This document shows, one piece after another, positions 56,372 to 64,000 of a DNA stretch of 64,000 nucleotides (positions are counted from its first letter, which is position 1; the number at the start of each line of letters is the position of its first letter). Source of the DNA: a bacterium (lineage in GTDB: Bacteria; Electryoneota; Electryoneia; Electryoneales; Electryoneaceae). The stretch is taken from positions 1,888,001 to 1,952,000 of the forward strand of contig CAXXKJ010000002.1 in the NCBI GenBank assembly GCA_963675295.2, given 5' to 3'. A program made the position numbers and the translations under genes. The notes below the pieces were generated by a model that had not been told where the DNA came from, searched no databases, and saw nothing but the letters and a program-made list of their open reading frames with translations.

Positions 56372-58807
56372 GTGATACGAAGATGGCTCCATGCGCTGCT
56401 TCCCCTGCTCCTGGTGGCAGCCATCAGCAGGGCAGATGATCGTCTCATCGCACCGGTCGCGATCGATCTCAATGGCACCGAGGCAATACAACTCCCCCGT
56501 GAACTCCCCGGAATTGATCCAAACGATTATGTCATCGACACGGTCGTCGGTGATACCATTCAGATAGGCGCGTCCGCCTGGGACGATCAGCACAACTCCA
56601 ATGCCGCGCGGCAGATCTGCGCGACTCCGTCCGCCAACTGGCTGGCGCAGGTCGTCTTCACCAAGCTTTCCGGCAACAGCATTTTCGATCCGCGTCATGT
56701 GCGCACAACACGTGTTCGCGAGGACGGGAATGGCAACCTCGAAGTGTGGCCGCTGCCCACGGTTCAGGTCGATAACTATTTCCGTACGGGCTACACCGGC
56801 ATCACCTATAACGAGGCGGCCCACACGCCGTTGATCGTGATGCACGGTCAAGAATTCGAATTCAGTTTCCTCAATTCCTACGCGGCTGTCTCCGATCCCA
56901 GCGATCCCAACACATTCGATTTTACTGCGCTGCCGTTTCTCCCGTTTATCGGTCAGTACTGGCCGCGTGTGGTTTCCGGCGAGGACAATTATGTCCACAT
57001 GATGATGCACGGGGCGCGGATCAACAGCACCGACCCGATCACGATCACCTACATGCGCTACACCGTAGATGAAGTCACGCATGACCTGACGCCGTCGACC
57101 CCGTTTAATCTGCCGGTGTTGTTGACGGACCAGGTGATGAACATCAGCGGTGATGTCGCCGTCAGTGATAATGGGCAGCAGGTTGCGGTGGGTGCGTGTC
57201 TCACCCGGCATGAGACATTGGGCGAAACCTGGGGCGGGTTGACCGCGACCCAAGTGAACAATGATGTCTACGTTTACATCAGCGAGGACGGCGGGTGGAC
57301 GTGGAATCCCAACGACCGCAAGAACATCACCCAGTTCATTGAACACAACTACGTTGATCCCGGCGACACAATGCGCGCCTACGCCGACTGCAGCGTGGAG
57401 TATGCGTACAACGACCTGCGCGTCGCGTTCACGGCCGCGCACGGCAATGCGATCACCGGCGAATCGTTCTACGAAAGCCGTGTTTACTGTTATTCGCAGA
57501 GTGTGACCGGTAACGATCAGTGGTCGTTGATTCACTTCAAACCGGATCCCGGCTACCCGCCGGAGGCATGGGGGCGGACGGCGGACAGCCCGAGCCTCTA
57601 CTTCGATAGCAACAGCGGGATTCTGTGGTGTTTGTTCCGTGCATTCGGCGGTGGAATTCACGACTACGGCGAGAACTCCGGCATGGGAAACGGAGACTTG
57701 TACATCACCGCCTCGCCGCCGGGAATCTACAACGGGCTGTTGTGGACGAAACCGGTCAATATCACCAACTCCAACTGGACCGAACCGGGCGGTGCACCGA
57801 TCAGTTCCTGCCGCAGCGAGATGGACGCGACCATCGCGGAAAACAGCAACGGCGAGTACCTGCAGATCAGCTACCTGGTTGATATTGACGCCGGGACAGC
57901 GGTCGCCAACCCGCAGGAAGGCGCGGTCACGAACAACCCGTACCTCTATCATCGCATTCTCAAGGACGACCTGCTGCGCGAGTTTGAAATCGAACGTGAA
58001 TGGGTGCAGAACTATCCGCTGCATGTGGACAGTACCGGCTTCTGGCAGGATCCGGGCAATTGGGAATGGTCGGACTATGGTGGATTTTTCACCGGATTCC
58101 GTGGTGACTTGCCGGTATCGTTGACCATGACCGAGATCAATTTCACTATTCCGCCCGAGGGCGGGGTTGGTACGTATTCGACCGACCTGGTCAGTTCGAC
58201 CGGAAACACCTATTCCAACGTGACCTTCTGGACCAAGCTGACAACGCCCAGCGGCGAAGTAATTGGTCCGCTGGTGTTGCGGACTTTTAACCTCGCGCCG
58301 TTCATGGAAGTTCATGTTGATGAGATGTCGCAGAACATCCCGGGTAACGGTCCGGGGGGAACGTACTACCTGACAGGCTATCTCGGTTATTACCCGAACT
58401 CGTATGTGCACGACTCGATCCAGTTCTTCAAGTTCGGCGACACTATGGATGAGTTCGATTACGACCCCGCGCAGTGGTGGTTCAGCGACTTCCAGGTTGG
58501 AGAAACGGCTGCGGAGAGTGAGGCGGACGTCGTGCAGCCCATTTCGTTCAGCTTGAGCGAGGCGTGGCCGAACCCGTTCAACGCGGCAACGTCGATCTCG
58601 GTGACGCTGCCATACGCGTCAGAACTGCGGTTGACGGTGTATGACGTGACCGGGCGGTTGGTCGCCGAACTCGCGGATGGCTGGACCGGCGCTGGCGAAC
58701 ACACGTTTGCGTTTGACGGTTCGGAGCTGGCCAGCGGGGTGTATTTCGTGCGCGCCTCAATCCCCGGCGAGCGGACGCAGACGCGCAAAGTGGCGCTGGT
58801 GAAGTAA
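56372..58807 (+). CDS. Secreted putative beta-propeller protein + shared module + CTD (start approximate)
   Basis: Shares GDT..G.S.WD..HN, GDTMRAY.DC, PEAWGRT, YNGLLWTKPVNIT with 51773-54229; AWPNPFN...KVALVK. Confidence 0.8.
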   Translation: MIRRWLHALLPLLLVAAISRADDRLIAPVAIDLNGTEAIQLPRELPGIDPNDYVIDTVVGDTIQIGASAWDDQHNSNAARQICATPSANWLAQVVFTKLSGNSIFDPRHVRTTRVREDGNGNLEVWPLPTVQVDNYFRTGYTGITYNEAAHTPLIVMHGQEFEFSFLNSYAAVSDPSDPNTFDFTALPFLPFIGQYWPRVVSGEDNYVHMMMHGARINSTDPITITYMRYTVDEVTHDLTPSTPFNLPVLLTDQVMNISGDVAVSDNGQQVAVGACLTRHETLGETWGGLTATQVNNDVYVYISEDGGWTWNPNDRKNITQFIEHNYVDPGDTMRAYADCSVEYAYNDLRVAFTAAHGNAITGESFYESRVYCYSQSVTGNDQWSLIHFKPDPGYPPEAWGRTADSPSLYFDSNSGILWCLFRAFGGGIHDYGENSGMGNGDLYITASPPGIYNGLLWTKPVNITNSNWTEPGGAPISSCRSEMDATIAENSNGEYLQISYLVDIDAGTAVANPQEGAVTNNPYLYHRILKDDLLREFEIEREWVQNYPLHVDSTGFWQDPGNWEWSDYGGFFTGFRGDLPVSLTMTEINFTIPPEGGVGTYSTDLVSSTGNTYSNVTFWTKLTTPSGEVIGPLVLRTFNLAPFMEVHVDEMSQNIPGNGPGGTYYLTGYLGYYPNSYVHDSIQFFKFGDTMDEFDYDPAQWWFSDFQVGETAAESEADVVQPISFSLSEAWPNPFNAATSISVTLPYASELRLTVYDVTGRLVAELADGWTGAGEHTFAFDGSELASGVYFVRASIPGERTQTRKVALVK

Positions 58808-58849
58808 GCGCGTTCCCATCAGTTCGCGGATCGATAGATTGAAACCAGA

Positions 58850-58880
58850 ACAGCCACGGATCATGGCGATCCGTGGCTGT
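58850..58880. terminator. REP-like hairpin between convergent genes
   Basis: acagccacggatc-atggc-gatccgtggctgt 13-bp stem. Confidence 0.75.
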
Positions 58881-58909
58881 AGTATTTCGCGATTGGTGAC
58901 TCGCAACCG

Positions 58910-60232
58910 TCAGGTATGCAGTTCAGCCAGCTCGTGCTTCTCAATCTTCTTGTGCTTGCGGTTTCCTCTGCTGCGAACGTGACCGTTGGCCCTTGTTCTG
59001 GCCACGGCAGGCTGGGTTGTTGCCTGCGCTTTGGACTGCCAGTTCGTGCGTTCAAGCGCCAGCATCCTGCGCCGTTCGACCGCGCCCGACACGAGGAAGA
59101 ACACCGCGAAGCCGGTCGCGACGAGCACACCGCACAAGGTGTACAGAGTCATGTTGTACCCGGCAAGGGTCAGGACCGGATTCCCGAGGAAAAAGACGAG
59201 CGAATTTGCGGCGAAGATGATCACCCGCACCTCGGTCGGTCCGAGTTTCCCGAAAGAAATCTTGAAGTCTTCGCGTGCAATGGTCACCAGGTACACCAGG
59301 ATCGACAATGAATGGTAGCCGATAGTGATGAACAGGGCGACGGTCAAGTCCATGATCGGCGAGAAACCCATCGCGATGGTGATCACGCTGACCGTTACCG
59401 CGTCGCTGTAATGGTCGACGAAGAACCCGTATTTCGGGCGTTCGATATGACGGACGCGTGCAAGAGTACCGTCCAGACTGTCCGCCCACCAGTGCAGGAT
59501 CAGGCCGAGGTTCGCCAGCCACAACCACGCGAGGTGGTAATGGGTCAGCAGGTAGCCCGCACCGATCAGCAGGCCGGAGATCAGTCCAAAAGCGGTAAGC
59601 CGGTCAGGCGTAATCCATTGTGGTAGTCGCTTCGCCATCCAAGGCAGTGCAACCCGTTCAAATCCACTCAGCAGGCTGGCATTGACACGTTGGCGATTTT
59701 CTGTTTCACGTGTTTTCGTCATTGAAGCAGGTATCCGTTCCATGTGTTTGGCAACAGTTTTCCGTTGCTTCCTGAAAATGACTTTCTCATTGAGCCAGAA
59801 CTTGATCACCGGCCCCATGATCATGCCGATGACATTTGCGATGAGGTAGTAGACACCGAAGAATGTGGTCAGAATCCACAGCAGCGAGACATTAACCAGG
59901 ATGTCAACCAATCCGGTTGCGGTGTTGTAGACCAGCAATTGCTTGAAGAACGGTTCCGGCTTGTCTGCGATCCGTTTTTTCCATGTCCAGTTACGGTGCC
60001 AGATGAAATTGTGCACGATCGCGAGTTCGATGGCGATCATGCTGGCGGGGATTAACGGGATCCCCAGCACACCTTTCATCAGGTACAGCACTCCGGTGTT
60101 GACCACAGCGCCCAACCACCCGACGAGCTGAAATTTCGCACCACGGAACGCCAGATGTAACCACTTCCTGCGTCCGGTTTTCGAATGTGATTCAACGGTG
60201 TCAGGTGTGGAATGGAGAGGTGCGGTTTTCAA
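58910..60232 (-). CDS. GtrA-like domain fused to CDP-alcohol phosphatidyltransferase
   Basis: KFQLVG..NFIWHRNWTW..KVIFR (GtrA); ITPDRLT and DSLDGTLAR-x8-G-x3-D-x3-D signature. Confidence 0.82.
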   Translation of the reverse strand: MKTAPLHSTPDTVESHSKTGRRKWLHLAFRGAKFQLVGWLGAVVNTGVLYLMKGVLGIPLIPASMIAIELAIVHNFIWHRNWTWKKRIADKPEPFFKQLLVYNTATGLVDILVNVSLLWILTTFFGVYYLIANVIGMIMGPVIKFWLNEKVIFRKQRKTVAKHMERIPASMTKTRETENRQRVNASLLSGFERVALPWMAKRLPQWITPDRLTAFGLISGLLIGAGYLLTHYHLAWLWLANLGLILHWWADSLDGTLARVRHIERPKYGFFVDHYSDAVTVSVITIAMGFSPIMDLTVALFITIGYHSLSILVYLVTIAREDFKISFGKLGPTEVRVIIFAANSLVFFLGNPVLTLAGYNMTLYTLCGVLVATGFAVFFLVSGAVERRRMLALERTNWQSKAQATTQPAVARTRANGHVRSRGNRKHKKIEKHELAELHT

Positions 60233-60364
60233 ACCAACTCCCCTGTCTCATGAACCGATTGCCCCAAATCGGCGTTTGGTACGACGGTACCGCCTCAACC
60301 GAACGTAACAGTTTTGAAACGGTACTCTAATGGAATGCCCGAGCAGGGTGGGAGTTCCAAACGT

Positions 60365-60401
60365 AAAAGAAAACCTCAACCTCCCGGAGGAAGTTGAGGT
60401 T
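60365..60401 (-). terminator. Intrinsic terminator after arcC
   Basis: aacctcaacctcc..ggaagttgaggtt with T tract on minus strand. Confidence 0.7.
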
Positions 60402-60426
60402 AGATGAGTCAAAGTGTTGATTTTAC

Positions 60427-61386
60427 TTAACCAGCGATCAGGGTCGTACCGGCTTCGCCGCTGAGTGCGGGCAGGGCGTGGTCGAGATCGGTGATGATCA
60501 CTCGTTCGCCGCCGCCTTCGATGAACTGGATCGCGGCTTCCATCTTCGGGCCCATGCTTCCCTTTGGGAAATGGCCGGCGTCCATGTACTGCCGTGCTTC
60601 GCTGACCGTCAGCGTGTCCAGATCCTGCTGCTCCGGTTTGCCGAAATGAAGCGAGACCTTCTCGACGCCGGTCATGATCAGCAGGTCTTTCGCGCCAATG
60701 CTGTTGCCGAGCAGAGCGGAGGCGCGGTCCTTGTCGATCACCGAGTCGACGCCTTCGAGGTGGCCGCTCGGTTCACGGTACACCGGAACTCCGCCACCGC
60801 CGGCGCAGATGACGACATGTTTCTGCTTCAGCAGGGACTTGATCGTATCGGCGATAACAATCTCACGGGGGATCGGCGAACCGACCACACGTCGCCAGCG
60901 TCCGTCCTTGTATTCCTTCATCTTCCAGCCGTCGATGTTGATCTTGTCTTCGGCTTGGCGGCGGGAATAGGTCGGTCCGATGAACTTGCTCGGATCGAGC
61001 AACGCCGGATCGTTCTGATCGACCACAATCTGTGTGACCAGCGAGACGACGGGCTTGACGATCTTCTCATCCATCAGCCGGTTGATCAGCGATTGCTCGA
61101 TCATATAGCCCATCCAGCCCTCGGTGGACGCGTCCAGCACGCCGATTGGCTGGTCGGGCGCGATGCCGTACGCAGCTTCAACACGCAGCAGTTCGTAGCC
61201 GATCTGCGGCCCGTTGCCGTGGGTCAACGCGATCTCGTATCCGGCCTGGATCAACGACACGATCGCGCCCATGCTCTTGCGGGTCTGCGCGAACTGGGTG
61301 TAGATGGTTTCGTCGTTGACGTTTGGATCGCTGATCGCATTTCCGCCGAGTGCGACGACGGCGATGGGGTTTCCGTTTGAAGTCAT
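60427..61386 (-). CDS. arcC: Carbamate kinase
   Basis: VALGGNA, THGNGPQ, WRRVVGSP, GGGGVP, VIDKD, GSMGPK. Confidence 0.96.
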   Translation of the reverse strand: MTSNGNPIAVVALGGNAISDPNVNDETIYTQFAQTRKSMGAIVSLIQAGYEIALTHGNGPQIGYELLRVEAAYGIAPDQPIGVLDASTEGWMGYMIEQSLINRLMDEKIVKPVVSLVTQIVVDQNDPALLDPSKFIGPTYSRRQAEDKINIDGWKMKEYKDGRWRRVVGSPIPREIVIADTIKSLLKQKHVVICAGGGGVPVYREPSGHLEGVDSVIDKDRASALLGNSIGAKDLLIMTGVEKVSLHFGKPEQQDLDTLTVSEARQYMDAGHFPKGSMGPKMEAAIQFIEGGGERVIITDLDHALPALSGEAGTTLIAG

Positions 61387-61415
61387 GGCAACCTCAGGAT
61401 ACGAGTCTCGAGAAT

Positions 61416-61451
61416 AAAACCTGAGTCCGGGCACGAGCCCTGGACTCAGGT
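61416..61451 (-). terminator. Hairpin + T tract between arcE-like gene and arcC
   Basis: acctgagtccgggc..gccctggactcaggt with aaaa on the left (T tract on minus strand). Confidence 0.55.
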
Positions 61452-61475
61452 CTGAAGACTCAAGACGGATTGAGC

Positions 61476-62786
61476 TTACACAAACTTCTTCAGCACATCA
61501 TCGAGATCCGGCTTGCCGATCACCTGCAGGTCGTAAGTCACGCGGGTGGCCGGCTTCTTGATCTTGATAATGCGGCGCAGGTCGATCGGGGTGCCGATCA
61601 CGACGGCGTCACACTCGACCTTGTCGATGGTCTTCTCAAGATCCTTCATCTGCTGCGCGCCATAGCCCATCGCCGGCAACAGAATACCGATTTCCGGATA
61701 CTTCTCGAAAGTTTCGCTGATCTTGCCGGTCGTCCACGGACGCGGGTCGATGAGCTCTTCGGCACCGTACTTGGAAGCTGCGATGACACCAGCGCCGTAG
61801 GTCATTTCACCGTGGGTCAGGGTCGGGCCGTCTTCGACGACGAGCACGCTCTTGCCGCGGATCATGTCCGGATCGTCCACCATCACCGGGCTCGCGCCTT
61901 CGAGGATGATCGCGTTCGGGTTCGCCAACTGGACGTTTTCGCGGACTTCTTCGATGTCGTCGAGGTCAGCGGAATCGATCTTGTTGAGGATGACGACGTC
62001 GGCCATCAGGATGTTGGTCTCACCCGGGTAATAGCTGATCTCGTGGCCCGGACGATGCGGGTCGGCGACGACGATGCTGAGGTCGGGCTTGTAGAAAGAT
62101 GTGTCGTTGTTGCCACCGTCCCACAGGATGATGTCCGCTTCCTTCTCGGCTTCACGCAGGATGGCTTCGTAATCAACACCGGCGTAAACCACGCCGCCCG
62201 CCGCGATGTGCGGTTCGTACTCTTCCATCTCTTCGATGGTGCAGTCGTGCTTCTTGAGATCGTCGAGCTCGGCGAAACGCTGAACCTTCTGCTTCGCGAG
62301 GTCACCGTACGGCATCGGGTGACGGATGGCGACGACCTTCTTGCCCGCGTCACGCAGATACTTCGCGACGGCACGCGTGGTCTGGCTCTTGCCGCAACCG
62401 GTGCGCACGGCGCAGATGCTGATCACCGGCTTGGTGGAACGGACCATCGTGTCTGTCGCGCTGGCGAGGATGAAGTCCGCGCCGACGGCGTTCACGAGGC
62501 TCGCCTTGTGCATCACCACTTCGTGCGGGATGTCAGAGTAGGAGAAATAAACCTGGTCAACGTTGTGGTTCTTGATCAGCGGAATGAGATCCTCTTCCGC
62601 CTCGATCGGGATACCTTCCGGGTACAGTTCGCCGGCGAGCTCGGCCGGGTACTTGCGGCCTTCGATGTCCGGGATCTGGGTCGCGGTGAAGGCGACGACT
62701 TCGTAGTCCTTGTTGTCGCGGAACAACACGTTGAAGTTGTGGAAGTCGCGTCCAGCGGCTCCCATGATGAGCACTTTCTTGGCCAT
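61476..62786 (-). CDS. arcE: cDPG-synthetase-like P-loop NTPase, probable arginine synthetase (ArcE-like)
   Basis: MGAAGRDFHNFN, VRTGCGKSQT, RHPMPYG, EEMEEYEPH, WDGGNND, EDGPTLTHG; directly upstream of carbamate kinase. Confidence 0.75.
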   Translation of the reverse strand: MAKKVLIMGAAGRDFHNFNVLFRDNKDYEVVAFTATQIPDIEGRKYPAELAGELYPEGIPIEAEEDLIPLIKNHNVDQVYFSYSDIPHEVVMHKASLVNAVGADFILASATDTMVRSTKPVISICAVRTGCGKSQTTRAVAKYLRDAGKKVVAIRHPMPYGDLAKQKVQRFAELDDLKKHDCTIEEMEEYEPHIAAGGVVYAGVDYEAILREAEKEADIILWDGGNNDTSFYKPDLSIVVADPHRPGHEISYYPGETNILMADVVILNKIDSADLDDIEEVRENVQLANPNAIILEGASPVMVDDPDMIRGKSVLVVEDGPTLTHGEMTYGAGVIAASKYGAEELIDPRPWTTGKISETFEKYPEIGILLPAMGYGAQQMKDLEKTIDKVECDAVVIGTPIDLRRIIKIKKPATRVTYDLQVIGKPDLDDVLKKFV

Positions 62787-63002
62787 GATACACCGTCTCC
62801 GTGAAGCGTGAGCGAAACATGCGTGTTCCGTCCGGTGCCTGTTCGGGCTGGGGTTGACGGCGGGACCGTCGTGCGCAGCCAAAACGTGTGAACACCGGTT
62901 CTTCGGCGCGGACTCCTCATGCCGGGAGTGGTGGCGAGAGGACCTCGGAGTACGTCCGCGTTGTATCCGAAGACAAACCGGAACCGCCTTTCCGGTGGGG
63001 TG

Positions 63003-63031
63003 AATATAGACGTGTCCGTGTTAGGAGGCAA
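63003..63031 (-). promoter_or_regulatory. Putative sigma70 promoter for arcE-arcC
   Basis: Minus strand TTGCCT-N17-TATATT, just downstream of the preceding gene's terminator. Confidence 0.6.
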
Positions 63032-63084
63032 TGTGAGCGCTCTTCGGGGAATTTGGGAGTTCGTCTGATACATGAGACACAAAC

Positions 63085-63111
63085 AAAACAGCCCGGATTG
63101 TACCGGGCTGT
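63085..63111 (-). terminator. Intrinsic terminator after FG-GAP/CTD gene
   Basis: acagcccgg-attgta-ccgggctgt with T tract on minus strand. Confidence 0.75.
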
Positions 63112-63136
63112 GTGTGACCCTGAATCGGCGGTTCTC

Positions 63137-64000
63137 TCAACGAACATAGCAGATTTTTTGAGTCACGGTCGGACCGTTAAGCATGCTCGCGCGCAGGTAG
63201 TAGACACCGCTTGCGGAAGATTTCGCATTCCACGGCAACGTCAACTGCCCCGCGGCTGCCTGTCCCTGGTGCAGGACTGAAACCTGCTGCCCGAGCGTGT
63301 TGAGGACTTCAACGGAAACCGACGCCGGACGCGGAAGATCCAGCACGACCGTCGTCGTCGCGTTGAACGGATTCGGGTAAGCGGGCTGCAAGCTGAACTC
63401 AACCGGCTGGGTGGCACCGTTGTTTGTTTCATCGACCGAACTGTAGCCGTCATGCTCGAACCAGTCGATGCTCAGCCGGTTTGGCACCCAGGAGAGGATG
63501 TCGGGATCGGTGTCGCCGTCCATGTCCGCGATCTGGATACCGTGCGCCTGCGTGTAGTTCTCGACCACGACGTGTTCGGTGTAATCGTCAATGCTGTTGA
63601 AACTCAGGTAGCTGATACGGTTTGCGGCATTGAGACTGAGCACGATATCTGGGTAGGTATCCCCGTCGATATCCGCGGAATCGTAGTCGTCAATGTACCC
63701 GGCTCCGCCGAAGATCAGGTGGCTCTGAAACTGACCGGGCGAAGTCTGTTCCCAGACATACATGTCCGAAATGTAGTTTATGTGACTGACGATATCATTG
63801 TCGCCATCATTATCCAGATCGTCAATCAGCAGCGCAGTCGTCAGCATGGTGGGGCTGAGTTCATGGTAGATCCACGAGTTGTCCGCGTCCTGCTCATGCC
63901 ATGCGAGTGTCTCAGGCTGGTGAAACGCCGCGATGTCGATATCGCCGTCGCCATCCAGGTCGCTGAGGTGCGCATGCTCCGTGTTGCGGGTGTTCTCGAC
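63137..64000 (-). CDS. FG-GAP repeat secreted protein with CTD (5'-truncated by window edge)
   Basis: Frame open to 64000 (DLDGDGDIDI...), further DxDxDGD repeats, AYPNPFN...KICYVR. Confidence 0.85.
   Translation of the reverse strand, partial: VENTRNTEHAHLSDLDGDGDIDIAAFHQPETLAWHEQDADNSWIYHELSPTMLTTALLIDDLDNDGDNDIVSHINYISDMYVWEQTSPGQFQSHLIFGGAGYIDDYDSADIDGDTYPDIVLSLNAANRISYLSFNSIDDYTEHVVVENYTQAHGIQIADMDGDTDPDILSWVPNRLSIDWFEHDGYSSVDETNNGATQPVEFSLQPAYPNPFNATTTVVLDLPRPASVSVEVLNTLGQQVSVLHQGQAAAGQLTLPWNAKSSASGVYYLRASMLNGPTVTQKICYVR

Noticed and set aside
14930-58807. Diversity-generating retroelement or shufflon behind the repeated C-termini
   Set aside because: No reverse transcriptase or recombinase; repeats are diverged at protein level, with no adenine-specific TR/VR pair seen.

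Overview
Bacterial chromosomal window, GC-rich overall with AT-richer patches at about 31.9-34.6 kb and 38.0-38.5 kb. It probably comes from a diderm FCB-superphylum lineage; this is inferred from 12 proteins ending in a 'PNPFN...K' secretion-tail C-terminal domain (CTD) of the Por/T9SS type-A-like kind. Core genes: 5'-truncated ftsZ, a DcaP-like porin plus two chemoreceptors, an SLC13 transporter, sixA-ppk1-ppx, npdG, a VOC+LLM pair, uvrC, a GtrA/CDP-alcohol phosphatidyltransferase fusion, and carbamate kinase with an ArcE-like (arginine synthetase/cDPGS-like) neighbour. Most of 14.9-58.8 kb encodes secreted modular proteins: M6 and S8 proteases, a 1.9-kaa C25 gingipain-like protein, FG-GAP and beta-propeller proteins. 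Main unexplained signal: 11 of these proteins, with unrelated N-terminal cargo domains, share a ~110-aa module. In 9 it sits just before an acidic/aromatic linker and the CTD. One small protein (40579-41340) consists only of this module fused to a second module type otherwise seen in front of the gingipain CTD, which suggests a docking/scaffolding system for secreted enzymes. Other signals: a structured, possibly switchable 5' leader ahead of arcE-arcC; complementary sensor-domain loss between the two chemoreceptors; REP-like palindromes and heptamer arrays at gene ends. No rRNA, tRNA, CRISPR array, transposase or integrase was recognised. All calls are by eye from motifs; no database search was run.
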